DNA from: a virus
Lineage: Duplodnaviria; Heunggongvirae; Uroviricota; Caudoviricetes
Length of the DNA stretch: 64,000 bases
Virus record (IMG/VR): IMGVR_UViG_3300028422_001686
Strand: one strand, 5' to 3'
The position numbers and the translations under genes were made by a program. Below are positions 1 to 11,000 of this stretch, piece by piece. The stretch's first letter is position 1. Each line of letters opens with the position of its first letter. The notes under the pieces were generated by a model. The model saw only the letters and a list, made by a program, of their open reading frames with translations, made no database searches and was not told the origin of the DNA.

Positions 1-2277
1 AAACTCTATATCAATGGAAGAGGGGATTAGTTCTTTTCTAGATAAATAAAGAAAACCAGATGTTAGGTTGTTTTTATTTAAATTTAGATTAAAGTCTTTT
101 CCTATCCATTCTCCCGATGAATTACTTGGCTCATATTCAATTCTTACACTTTTATTATAAGAACAATAAATCTTCATATATTGAGATGGAATTTTTCCGT
201 TAATGCCATCCCCAAATGAGATCTTCCCGTTATCTGAATTTAATGTATATACTGTGTCTTCTTGAGATGAATCTTTAAAGGAGTTTACACGTGTCCAACT
301 AAGATCAAACTTATTTTCATTAGTATCGTATAGGTATAATTTAAAGTTATCCTTATCTAGATAGTTTTCAGTAGAATAATCTAGTACTGGAAATTCTTCA
401 ATCACATACACTTGATTTGGTTCATCAGAAGTTTCATCAACAAAACTTAGGGTTGGAATATCTTCAACGTTAGGGTCTGAATCTAAAACCCCTTTAGACT
501 CAATATAATTGTTATTAAATTCTATATGAGCTGGATAGTCATATGTAAAAGTTGCGTGTCCAATATATTTGAATTTATGTGAGACTAATACTTCAACAAC
601 ACCAGTCTTATAGTTGATAGAATAGTCTCCCTCAGAGCTAATTCCATCTCCATACATAAAGTCACTATATAGACCTTCTCCATACCTCTCTGCTACAAAC
701 TTTTTACTTCTAAATACTTCACTATCAGTAAAAACAATAGGGTATTCACTAAGTGGAATCCTTGGAAGAGTAAAAGAAATCTTATATAAACCTTCTTCCA
801 CTTCCTCGTGATCTTTGATTTCGGGAATCCTCCAATTACTATATTTATTATTGTTGTTTGGCACGACGATAAATTCATACTTACTAGTGTCAATATTGTC
901 TGAGTTTGAAGAGTCTAGTTCCACTCCATTTTTTACGATACCAGAAAGTTTCCCTTTCTTTACAAAAGTTTTAGAGTTTATGGTCAACCCTGTTCTTTTG
1001 TCTATTTTTAATGTTGAAACATAAAATGGAACACCGACTTTAGGTTCATAAAGAAGGTATTGTTTTGATCTTCCGTCACTAGTCTGGAGTGTCTTAAGCG
1101 TAGAGACAACTGAGTCTGAACTGAACAAATAATATCTTTTATTTCTTACATAGTAAGATCCGCTATTTAATACTGGATACCAAGACTCACTGTCATTTAC
1201 AATGAATCTTTTAATATCCTTTAATTTAATCGCATCTCCATGAGCAAAACCAGATCTTAAAAAATCTACTGGAACTTTTGCTGTAGACGGATCCCATAAA
1301 GTAGGAATACTGCACTCATTATTTTGCATACCTTCTGATATCCACTCATCTTCATCCCAAGTAAAGCCTTCAGACTGACTAAAAAGTTCTGCTCTAGTAA
1401 TATTTGTCTTAAAGGTAAAAACAGAGATGGCTACATCATACGAATCAGAGGAGGTGTCCTGTTGGTTGATAGAGAAAAAGGTGTATACTTCAGGATAGAT
1501 TTCTTCTTCGGCTGAAGCGTATCCTATAATTATATCTCCAGTCCCAATAGTATTTGGCGGAATTATTCCATCAAAACGGGTGCTCGAAGAGGACCTTATC
1601 TCTACTGGCTTTTCTTTTACCGAGATAACATCCTCAAAGTAAATACTTTTATATAAAACTGATGTTCCGTAGTAGATACCAGAGCCACTATTTGCTGTTG
1701 AGAAAACTACTTTTGGAGTTACTACTGATGTTGAATGAGATGCGATTAGATAATAAGAGCCATATGTTTTAGCATAGAAGTAAACCATACTTTGACACTT
1801 AACTATCTTTATTGAAGATGTCTTTACCGCATCAATACTAGATCTTGTTTGTTTTGTTACTTCACCATTTTCATATGAAGTTGCTTCAATAATAAATCCA
1901 TACTTATCATCATAGACCAGTTCTAACTGGTCATAGACAAAGCTGTTGTCATCATCATACATCTTTGCCTTTAGTAGAGTTACTCTTGATGACATATACT
2001 GTAAGTGCGCTATATAAAAGTCTATCGCTAAACTAAAGGTTGATGGAAGGACTTCTGGAAGATAGACTGAGGATGTACTGCCATTAATTGTGCCGGTCTT
2101 ACATAGAAGGCCATCAACTTTAAGTATCTGTTCAGCCGATCCGCTCACAGTCTTGACCAACAAGGTGTCTGTAGATAAATCATAGTTTACAGCATCTCTT
2201 AATAGGTTTTCACCAGTTAGTGCGAAAGGGATATTACCAGAATTTTTAGATCGTATTGGTGTAAAATTACTAATCAC
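1..2277 (-). CDS. Baseplate wedge-like protein, runs off the left edge (>759 aa)
   Basis: Not in the ORF track. GTG at 2277 directly after the stop of 2279..3595; every stretch I translated in this frame was open, including the last line. Contains WTRVNSFKDSSQEDTVYTLNSDNGKISFGDGINGKIP, the W..V.sf....Y....G.I.FGDG..G..P motif of baseplate wedge/assembly proteins. Confidence 0.75.
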   Translation of the reverse strand, partial: MISNFTPIRSKNSGNIPFALTGENLLRDAVNYDLSTDTLLVKTVSGSAEQILKVDGLLCKTGTINGSTSSVYLPEVLPSTFSLAIDFYIAHLQYMSSRVTLLKAKMYDDDNSFVYDQLELVYDDKYGFIIEATSYENGEVTKQTRSSIDAVKTSSIKIVKCQSMVYFYAKTYGSYYLIASHSTSVVTPKVVFSTANSGSGIYYGTSVLYKSIYFEDVISVKEKPVEIRSSSSTRFDGIIPPNTIGTGDIIIGYASAEEEIYPEVYTFFSINQQDTSSDSYDVAISVFTFKTNITRAELFSQSEGFTWDEDEWISEGMQNNECSIPTLWDPSTAKVPVDFLRSGFAHGDAIKLKDIKRFIVNDSESWYPVLNSGSYYVRNKRYYLFSSDSVVSTLKTLQTSDGRSKQYLLYEPKVGVPFYVSTLKIDKRTGLTINSKTFVKKGKLSGIVKNGVELDSSNSDNIDTSKYEFIVVPNNNNKYSNWRIPEIKDHEEVEEGLYKISFTLPRIPLSEYPIVFTDSEVFRSKKFVAERYGEGLYSDFMYGDGISSEGDYSINYKTGVVEVLVSHKFKYIGHATFTYDYPAHIEFNNNYIESKGVLDSDPNVEDIPTLSFVDETSDEPNQVYVIEEFPVLDYSTENYLDKDNFKLYLYDTNENKFDLSWTRVNSFKDSSQEDTVYTLNSDNGKISFGDGINGKIPSQYMKIYCSYNKSVRIEYEPSNSSGEWIGKDFNLNLNKNNLTSGFLYLSRKELIPSSIDIEF

Positions 2278-2278
2278 A

Positions 2279-3595
2279 TTAATCTCCAAAGCGTATGTCT
2301 TTTACACTAAAAAGCTCGCCTATATATTCTATAGTGTCAGCTGATGGTTGACCAGGAGCAGTTTTTTCTAGTGGAGACTCATATCTCTCAAGTTCAACCT
2401 CTTTATATAAGAACTCTTTAGATGAACTATCAAAAAACGAGTTTATTATAACATGAGAAGAGACCAATGTGTATGGAAATTCCATCCATGTGTAAGCAAC
2501 CGTTCCTTCTCCAGAGGGGAGACTACTACAAATAATAGAACCATTACTGTAGTCTACATAATAAGAGCCAAGTGTATTCCCAACATTCGCCTCATCTACT
2601 TCTAGGTAGAAAACTCCTGTCTCAGAGAAAGAGAGTGTTCCCTCTTTTATTCTTCCATTTATTGATTCTTCTAATGAAAATGATTTGCATCCAGGTATAG
2701 TCTCTCCAGAAACTAGATGGTCTGAAGTTTGCTTTTTTAAACTTATAGATCGCCTGTTGTCTCTTGAATCAGTGAGGTCTTCTGCCTCAAAATATTGACT
2801 TTGATTAATTTGTTCAACTAAGTCTTTTAGAAAAATAGCATCTTTTCTCAAATCAATATATCTATCTATTCTGTAGTTGTCTTTATTTAAGTAGTCACGA
2901 TATAGGACCAACTTAGACGCTGTAACCTCAACCCGTGGATTTTTAGGTTCAACTTTAATGGTCGAAGTAAAAGTAAAAGACTCTTCAAGTCCGCTTTCTT
3001 TTACCTCAATTAGATTATTTTTGTTCTGTGTTATTGTGTAGAGTTTAGAGTCGACAACTAGGCCTAAACCAGTTAAGGTATTATCTTCTGGTTTAAATGA
3101 TATATTGATCGACTCATTTAAGACGTTACTCAGATCTCCATCAATAGTAATTGAGTTTTCAGTATTAGCAATGATATTGTAGCTACTTCCTGCAACATCT
3201 ACTGTAAACCCAATAAGTGACTCGCTAATCAAGTCACCATTTAAGATAGATATGCTATCTCCAGAGGCTATAACATTTACTCCATCAACAATGTAGTCCA
3301 ATATATAAGTTACCGATATTGTCCTACTACTGTATAAAGAACAGTAGCTTTTTTCTAAATTAAAAATTGACTTAATATTGATTCTCAAAACATCTTCTTG
3401 AGATAGTCCTAGTTCTCTATTAATGGCATTAATTAATCCAGTATATGTGGACGATCCTCTATTTAAAAAAGTATCCAATAATCTTTCTGAGTAAGAAGGA
3501 AGTGTCTCTCCTGGTAGCCTGTCTACATTATATGGAACACCTATCTCATCTAGGTTTGATCTGACTGTAGTGGTTGTTGGAGTATAAGTTGTCAT
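2279..3595 (-). CDS. Baseplate wedge protein (tail protein I-like N-terminus), 438 aa
   Basis: N-terminal LDEIG..YNVDRLPGETLPSYSERLL resembles the gpI-like wedge motif; lies in the baseplate cluster. Confidence 0.6.
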   Translation of the reverse strand: MTTYTPTTTTVRSNLDEIGVPYNVDRLPGETLPSYSERLLDTFLNRGSSTYTGLINAINRELGLSQEDVLRINIKSIFNLEKSYCSLYSSRTISVTYILDYIVDGVNVIASGDSISILNGDLISESLIGFTVDVAGSSYNIIANTENSITIDGDLSNVLNESINISFKPEDNTLTGLGLVVDSKLYTITQNKNNLIEVKESGLEESFTFTSTIKVEPKNPRVEVTASKLVLYRDYLNKDNYRIDRYIDLRKDAIFLKDLVEQINQSQYFEAEDLTDSRDNRRSISLKKQTSDHLVSGETIPGCKSFSLEESINGRIKEGTLSFSETGVFYLEVDEANVGNTLGSYYVDYSNGSIICSSLPSGEGTVAYTWMEFPYTLVSSHVIINSFFDSSSKEFLYKEVELERYESPLEKTAPGQPSADTIEYIGELFSVKDIRFGD

Positions 3596-5610
3596 GTGAT
3601 ATCTACCGATCCATATTTATAATTAAAATAAAATGTTTTATTAGAGAAGTCAATCAAAACATTGTCTCGAACTAATTCTAGAGTGTGAAGGTATCCATCA
3701 GAGCTATGAATCTTTAGCTGTTGATCATTCCCTATAAACATGTTTTCAACTTCATTATCCAATAAGATCCTATTTAGTTTATATTTTGCTAATGCAACTT
3801 TTTTTAAACTTCTAACTATCTTTGTGTCTACTGACCTTTCCCCTGAACTATAGATGGCCATCAGATAAAATACATAATCTCCAGGAAGAACTAGTTCATA
3901 CTCAATAGACCGAGACTTAACTTGGTCTGTTGCTAAGGATGGATAGACTGCAGCATCTGTATTAGTGCTAACTATATCTCCATTTTCTTTTATGTATTCT
4001 ACTACTCCATCTGGTTTCTTTACACCAATTAAATATCTTGTAATCTGTCTACCAACAATTTTTTGAACTCCTTGAAGAGATACAATATTGTCATCAGTAG
4101 AAAGTCCAGCCTCAGTATAGTTTATATCTAAAACCATATCCGCCGAGCCACCATCTTTTTGTAGTTCTTTAATAACTTTTGGGTACTCCTCTCTTTTGTC
4201 ATATATATAAAGATTAGAGCTATCAACTCCATAGACATAATCTTCAAATAAGTCTGGAACAATTGACTTTAATATTACAGGAGTCTCTTCATCTGTGTCA
4301 TAAAGCTGGTATTCTTGCCTTGGCTCCTTAGCTCCCCTAGAACTAAGAACTTCTTCTATAGAGTTTCCAATTAATGTCTTTTTTTGCAGGACAGATCCAG
4401 TACTATTCTCTGCGATAGACCAGTAAGTATTTTTTTTCTGGTCTTCAATATCAATATAACTCAAGTAATTATCAAGAAGTGCCGAGCTGTCTTCTTGGTG
4501 CAGAGTAACACTATAATCTAAATTTGAGTCTAAGTCATGATTAATAAATTCAATATAATTAATTTTCTTATATTTTAGTTTAGTTCGATAAGATGAGTTT
4601 TCTAGTAAATAGATATCCTCTGTCTCAACTCGTCTTTTGGTCGTAATACCATTAACTCTACAGACAATGGATCTAAGTCTTCCATCTAGGTAGGTTGAAA
4701 ACTGACTTCCGTTATAGAAGTTAAACCATATATAACTATCATATGGTGTAAAAACATTTACAACTCTTCTTGTTTTATGGATTAGAGTGTTGTCTAGCAA
4801 AGTAAGTGAATCTAGTTTTATCTTGGAAGACTCAACTCTTGTTGGAAGTGTATCATAATAAAAGTCATCAATACTATTACTAGAACTTGGTTCTGGACTA
4901 AAAATGGTAATGTTATCTCTCGCAATAACCTCTGGGGGAACGATATATTCTTCACCGTCGCCCTTAACGTTACTTTTAAACTCAAATGAGCCATCAAGTT
5001 GAACTTTGTACACATTTGCGAGCTCATTCATATTCGATGTTTGGACAAAGTAATTACTAGTTTGAAGGTCTATTGTCTTCTCTAGTTTATGCAAGTATTT
5101 TCCAAACCCATTAACTATTTGTTGAAAGTTACTAAACTTATCATATCTTGCTCTCGACCATTCAGGAAGATAATTCGCCACCTCTTGAGTTTCAGAGTAA
5201 TAATAAAATTCATTATTTTTGTTACTATAAAACGCACCCTCTTCTGTTGAAAAAGAGAATTTATCAACCCTTTCTTCACCGTCAATATTGTAAGTTGAGA
5301 GTGAACAAACATACTCCTTTCCATAATGAAAAGAGCTGGGGTATATATCTGCAGCCCCATATGTTGCACCTTCTTCACCATATCTCTTTGATGAGTACTT
5401 TATCTTTCTTCTTGAGAAGAAAGTTACACGCATTGTATTCTTATCTGTCAAAAAATAAGCCGATGGCTGAACCTCTACGTCATTTATTATGAGTATAGTT
5501 TCAGAAGGAATAAAGTCTGAAGTGGAGTTTAGCTCTATAACGATATCACTATTTACCGAAACATCAGTCTGCCCCTTTAATGGAAAGATATTTAATAAAG
5601 ATATAGACAT
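3592..5610 (-). CDS. Baseplate structural protein with Ig-like N-terminus, 672 aa
   Basis: N-terminal PLKGQTDVSVNSDIVIELNS resembles SbsA/Big_5 Ig starts; follows the baseplate J gene. Confidence 0.5.
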   Translation of the reverse strand: MSISLLNIFPLKGQTDVSVNSDIVIELNSTSDFIPSETILIINDVEVQPSAYFLTDKNTMRVTFFSRRKIKYSSKRYGEEGATYGAADIYPSSFHYGKEYVCSLSTYNIDGEERVDKFSFSTEEGAFYSNKNNEFYYYSETQEVANYLPEWSRARYDKFSNFQQIVNGFGKYLHKLEKTIDLQTSNYFVQTSNMNELANVYKVQLDGSFEFKSNVKGDGEEYIVPPEVIARDNITIFSPEPSSSNSIDDFYYDTLPTRVESSKIKLDSLTLLDNTLIHKTRRVVNVFTPYDSYIWFNFYNGSQFSTYLDGRLRSIVCRVNGITTKRRVETEDIYLLENSSYRTKLKYKKINYIEFINHDLDSNLDYSVTLHQEDSSALLDNYLSYIDIEDQKKNTYWSIAENSTGSVLQKKTLIGNSIEEVLSSRGAKEPRQEYQLYDTDEETPVILKSIVPDLFEDYVYGVDSSNLYIYDKREEYPKVIKELQKDGGSADMVLDINYTEAGLSTDDNIVSLQGVQKIVGRQITRYLIGVKKPDGVVEYIKENGDIVSTNTDAAVYPSLATDQVKSRSIEYELVLPGDYVFYLMAIYSSGERSVDTKIVRSLKKVALAKYKLNRILLDNEVENMFIGNDQQLKIHSSDGYLHTLELVRDNVLIDFSNKTFYFNYKYGSVDIT

Positions 5611-5617
5611 GGTAATC

Positions 5618-6844
5618 CTAGTTATTGTCGATAATAGTAATAGGGTCTGCCAGTGTTGGCTCTACAATGACTCTTTCATATGGCTTAGTCGAGTATGTCT
5701 TAATCAGATTCTGTACAATTTTAGAGTCTGAATATTGTGATCTTTTATGTATCTTAAATTTTTTAAACCTATCTTGCTTTGTACCCATAGAAAGGATTCT
5801 TTCATCTGAATTAAGGATTACTTTTATTATTTGGTCCTCTACTAGGGTTTCACCGATTGCTAAATTATTTATGTAGTTTGCTATATTCTTTTTTACTTTT
5901 GTTTTTATTTCATTTTTTACATTTTCTTCTAGTGAGGTCCTGTAGGTTAGAAGAATCATTAATTGAACACCAACAACAACTGGAGAATAAGCCCTGTTAT
6001 CTGAACCCTCAGATTGAATAACGCTGATAACATCTTGTGCCATAGACAATAAGGACGAAGGCACATCTGTGGTTACGGCTTTAATTAGCCAGTTTGCTGT
6101 TCCAATTCCACGGGGAAACTTAATTTTTACAACATCTGAAACTCCAGGGAGAGACAACAGTGACAATCTAATCGCTGTATCATTTGCTGCTTCACCAGCA
6201 AGAGCACTCTGTTGAATTTCAAACTTATAATTCTCATCGGACTCTTCTGCTTTTCCATTTGCAATAGAAGACTCATTGTCCACAAGCAAGGTATAATTTA
6301 GCGAGTCTGAGTATCCTGTAAAGTCATGATAAATTAAAGTACTTGGGCCAACATTGTAGTCTTCTCCGTCCCCGTTCGCCTCAGCTGCAAAATAGACTTT
6401 ATCTGAGTTAGCAGGAAGAGTAATTGTTTCTGAATTTATATAAACAATAGATTCATCTTCAATTGACTGTGTATTAAAGAAGCGAACAGACCCAGATGGA
6501 ATAACTATATCTTCTCCATTATTTATAGCTCCAAAATTTGGACTTAAAGTATAAAAAACAAAATTCTTTTCATGCTTCTTTACATTTGCCTTTTTACTTG
6601 TCTTTCTAGTTCTACCAAACACTTCTCCAATATAATCCAGTACTTGGCCAGACGCATTACGAAGGAGAGGAACTCCAATATTGCTATCTAGCTTTTCTGC
6701 TTGAATTGAAAGTTTATCGTTTATTATATCTAAAATTAGTCTTGCTTTAGAGCCAGGTGAAAGATACGTTACATTGGTATTTTGAGATAGCTGTTTTATC
6801 TCTTCCTCTGTAATAGTTACTTTGTCAAAGTCTAAGTACTTCAT
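5618..6844 (-). CDS. Baseplate J-like wedge protein, 408 aa
   Basis: ASGQVLDYIGEVFGRTRK, AEANGDGEDYNV, NGKAEESDENYK, LPGVSDV are typical baseplate J motifs. Confidence 0.85.
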   Translation of the reverse strand: MKYLDFDKVTITEEEIKQLSQNTNVTYLSPGSKARLILDIINDKLSIQAEKLDSNIGVPLLRNASGQVLDYIGEVFGRTRKTSKKANVKKHEKNFVFYTLSPNFGAINNGEDIVIPSGSVRFFNTQSIEDESIVYINSETITLPANSDKVYFAAEANGDGEDYNVGPSTLIYHDFTGYSDSLNYTLLVDNESSIANGKAEESDENYKFEIQQSALAGEAANDTAIRLSLLSLPGVSDVVKIKFPRGIGTANWLIKAVTTDVPSSLLSMAQDVISVIQSEGSDNRAYSPVVVGVQLMILLTYRTSLEENVKNEIKTKVKKNIANYINNLAIGETLVEDQIIKVILNSDERILSMGTKQDRFKKFKIHKRSQYSDSKIVQNLIKTYSTKPYERVIVEPTLADPITIIDNN

Positions 6845-6848
6845 TTTA

Positions 6849-7283
6849 TTACCTTACCATAAAAGCTTCAGTTGTTAATAGATCGTACACTATTCTGATA
6901 GTAATTGTACTATTCTCAACTCCTGTGGTCAATGCCTGTTTAAGGTCTAAGTATACCATAATAGATTCCTTATCTACAGGAGCAACTGCTATTTCAAAGT
7001 CACTTACAGATAGAAAACCATCATATGTTAAAGACAGAGATATCGCAGCTTCCATTCTCGTCCAAGTGCTTTGATTGTTAGCCTCTCCTTTAAAGTCTGC
7101 AACTCCGGCACCCTTGCTCTGACTCAGTTTCCAGTCATTTACTGAAGATTTTATTCTAGTTGTTACCTCCTGAATAAACCCTAAATCCTTTACCTTTTTT
7201 GTGTCAGCCAAGTCTCCATTACTTAAACTATAGTCTCCATCTGAAGTCCACTTTAAATCAACATATTGAGATAAATTTATCAT
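6849..7283 (-). CDS. gp25/GpW-like baseplate wedge (sheath initiator), 144 aa
   Basis: DLKWTSDGDYSLSNGDLA... start, size, and position just upstream of baseplate J. Confidence 0.7.
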   Translation of the reverse strand: MINLSQYVDLKWTSDGDYSLSNGDLADTKKVKDLGFIQEVTTRIKSSVNDWKLSQSKGAGVADFKGEANNQSTWTRMEAAISLSLTYDGFLSVSDFEIAVAPVDKESIMVYLDLKQALTTGVENSTITIRIVYDLLTTEAFMVR

Positions 7284-7290
7284 ATACCAC

Positions 7291-7821
7291 CTAAATTAAT
7301 GCTGCAGCTAATGTTCCTGCAACCATTACAGACTCCATGAGAGGTTTTACCATTGCAGATGTAGGAATTGACCAAACACATGTTGGCATTGGCGTAACTA
7401 TAGTTGAAGGAAAACCAGAAGTTAACAGTGGGTTTAATGTTGTAATTCCAGACAATCTTACCTGGTGAGGTTGTGCACCAATACTTAATGGGCCTTTAAT
7501 AATGTTTGCGCCGCCCTCTCTGAATGAAAAGAAGCCGTAATTACTATTACCTCTTATTGATGCCATATCATCAGTTACTTCAATGATAGGAGAGTCTGGA
7601 AGGCTAGACGTCTTTAAGATCTTAGATAGCGGATGTTCATACTCTTTTTTTTGCAATGGAGCACTATCCCTATCTTTGCTATCTATTAAAGGTTTGTTGT
7701 CTTTTTTTCTTACGACTTTTACTAGATGTCTAGATGGGTCATAGTCTATCACCTTTATCATTGTTCCAGCAAACTCTGATCTTGCAACTGGGGTTTTATT
7801 CATAATATTATTGCCATCCAT
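7291..7821 (-). CDS. Putative baseplate spike (gpV/gp5-like), 176 aa
   Basis: GTMIKVIDYDPSRHLVKV resembles the OB-fold start of spike proteins; lies between hub and gp25-like genes. Confidence 0.4.
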   Translation of the reverse strand: MDGNNIMNKTPVARSEFAGTMIKVIDYDPSRHLVKVVRKKDNKPLIDSKDRDSAPLQKKEYEHPLSKILKTSSLPDSPIIEVTDDMASIRGNSNYGFFSFREGGANIIKGPLSIGAQPHQVRLSGITTLNPLLTSGFPSTIVTPMPTCVWSIPTSAMVKPLMESVMVAGTLAAALI

Positions 7822-7830
7822 ATTTCTCTC

Positions 7831-8061
7831 CTACATAAACCCTAGAGCGCTTTCTGCAGTTAAAACTCTAGTAGCCCCTCTTATTTCTGTCTCGGTCTTA
7901 CTTTTAGGAATATCTGGGTGTTCAAAAATTTTCCCTAAAATTTTAATTGTTCCGACCTCTGTCACATAACCCTCAGCCCCTATGATGTCACCATAAATTG
8001 ATGACAGTTCTGGGTGCCAATCTGGCCTATGATATACTTCTACTTTATCTGTTGTACTCAT
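7831..8061 (-). CDS. Small baseplate-cluster protein, 76 aa
   Basis: Tightly packed ORF overlapping the end of the hub gene. Confidence 0.5.
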   Translation of the reverse strand: MSTTDKVEVYHRPDWHPELSSIYGDIIGAEGYVTEVGTIKILGKIFEHPDIPKSKTETEIRGATRVLTAESALGFM

Positions 8062-11000
8062 TCATCACCTTTTCTAGGGCCGAGTTTAGTTCAACCCCAT
8101 TAGACAATTCATTTACTATATCTGCAGATGTAACCTTCTTGTTCTTTTTAACTACTTCATTCCAAGCAGCATCTCTAATTTTTTCTTTATCTTTAATATC
8201 ATTTACAATATATCTTTCTTTATCTTCTTTTGAAACTAAGTCTGGAAGAAATTCATCGGAAATAAAATTAGTAATGGCCTTTACGTCTCCAAGAATCTCT
8301 TTTCCAAAAGTAGATACAGCGTCCATGGCAGTATTATTTCTAAAGCCATATAGGCCAGTATACCATGGTTTACCTTTTCTTATTAGTGGCATAAAGCCAA
8401 TGGGTTGCCTAAATTCACACCAATTTGTAATTGGACCAGAAACGTAACTTGCAATAAAGTCAGCACCAAAAATACCAGCAACTTTCCCTACCATACCTGC
8501 CATACCTTTTAAAGCAGGAACAGCCGCACTTGCTGTGGTTAACAGAACTTTTGAGAGAGTTCCTCCAGCAGTAGACATACCAGCAAAGTATGGCGCAGCC
8601 GCTTTTACTCCAGCTCCTAATATAGCCACATTGGCTAAGGTTGACGCTGTTGATAATGCAGAGCTAGTTCCACTCAATGCTCCAGTTAAAGCTCCAGGTA
8701 AAACTTGATCGTTACCTTGATTATATCTTATATCAAATTCTCTCTGACTAGCAAAAGTTGAATAAAATCTAAGATTGTTCCTGATAAAAACAGATGCTAT
8801 ATGTTTTTCTATAGCCTTTATCAACATTCCCTCTGTTGCCTCTGATGGAAAGACAATCATTCTAGGTGTAATTTCTGTTAACCAGCCCTTCTCTGGAGTT
8901 AGTGTTTGAACTACATCTCCAGCTTTAATCGACCCATAGATCCCATTATAGTTATCGTAAATAAACACCACATCTTCAGGTTTAATATTACTTCTTCCTA
9001 GAATTACTAGTTTTCCTGTATATGCTTTTTTTAGTGAATTACATAACGTAGATACTGCATATTTTTGTGGCATATATGGATCGTAGTCTTTGTGTGCGTT
9101 ATGATAAAGGACAGTTTTCTTCTTTATAAAGTTCTTGTTTAAATCATCATCTGCCTTTATATCTCCAGACTTTTCATATGAAGAAAATCCTTCTGATCCA
9201 TCTGCATTAATATTAGACCCCGTATCTGGATGAACAACCTCAATATTATTATATACGTCATCTGTATTTGTCATAATTTCATTCAAGACTATATCGTGCT
9301 CGCTAGTAACAAGATGGTAGTTTCTGAATGGCTTTATACAATCTTTTATATTTGTAATATCTCCTTCAGATGAGTCTGTCTTTAAAGACTTCTTGCTTCT
9401 TCTATCTGACATATCTCCGTATAGGTTCTCAAATATCTGCCTATTTGTATCTTCGTAGAGTGTACCATTGTTATCATTGATTGCCGATAAATAGTTAATG
9501 CCACGGTAGAAGTAAAGCTGGTCTGGGTATCCAAAAAATAACGTGCTTCTATTGTCATAGGGGACGACCCTGCAGATAGTCCCAGGGTGTCTTAATGTTA
9601 ATTCTTGAAGAACATCCCAGATAGTTTGTTCATAAATAACGAAACGTGATCCTTTTATATAATCCTTTATCATTCCTGCAGCTACTGCTGCGCCACCAAT
9701 TAAAAGTATAGGCGTGGCTGTTAAACCTACCGCAACACCAATCGCTCCTGCTACTAATGATGCTGTAGTTCCTAGCCCAATGCCTTTAGCGAAGGATCCA
9801 ACTGTACTGCTTACCCACTCTTTACTGCCTACATCTTTTATGGAGGGAGCAAAGATATTATCCATCATTGGACTACTATCATATCCAAGAAAATTTCCAG
9901 TAAATGGGGCGACATTTCCTAGTACATTTTTCTCTTTTCTTCCGAAGTTCTTTAGTTCTTCAGCACCTAAGAGCAAATCCCCAATTATCTTAGTCGTATT
10001 CTTTCCAGAGAAAGTATACTCTTCCTCTACTCCAACACCTTTTAATTCCTGAACAAGTTCAATTCCATCACCAACGCACACTATCTCTATAACGTCTCCG
10101 CCCCCTACTTTAACGACTCTTCCAGAAAACTCTACACTCAGCTTGTTAGGATTAACATCATATCCTAATCTTAACTGAACCTTAGTTCCTTCTGTAAAGA
10201 TTAGTCCATCACGAGGGTCAGAATTTACTTCTTTCTTTTTATCTTCTTCTTTCTTATTTAGCTCATCGATAGTCTTTGTTTTATCACTATAATAGGATCC
10301 TAAAATATCGTCAGATGTATTTGTCATTCTAATTATAAGTGTTGGTGCTGGACCATCTTCAGGTACAGGCATACGGATATCTACAATAGAGTTTAGGTCA
10401 TAAAAGTCAGCAAAAGATTTCCATAAAGAGGACTGTCCCTTTAACCTTCTACTATGCATATCTCCAAAACTTAGAATACTAGTACTTGTTGCCGGTTCCA
10501 TAAAATACAGCTTAAAGGTTGGCATAGACCTTCTCATTGTATAAGTCGTGTCTGTAAAGTTTTCAATAGATGACCTTAAGACAAAATTTTGTTGATTTGG
10601 ATCTAAAGGCATTTGAACTAACATGTTACCTAGGTCGGTGTCTTTTTTTGCAGCTGCTTCATTGGAAGCAAAAGGCGTCATTAGTGGAGATATCTGCATC
10701 TGAGATGTCGGTTTTAATTTTGCCGTATCAGAAATTACGCTATTGTAATAATTATCAAACACCTCTTGATATTTTTTAGATATACTATTTTGTGCAGAAT
10801 TTACATCTTCCTTATACTCATCATCTTGGTTGTAGTAATAGTAGTCTGGCTGTTCATACTTTCCACTATCATTTTTTGGTAGAAGTAGGTCAGGATAACA
10901 CGAGTCATCAACTACATAGTTATACTGTTTAATATCACTACTGCAACAGGTGTATGGATTTTCCTTTCCAGTTTTATTTTCAGTCTTTATTGATCTAAAA

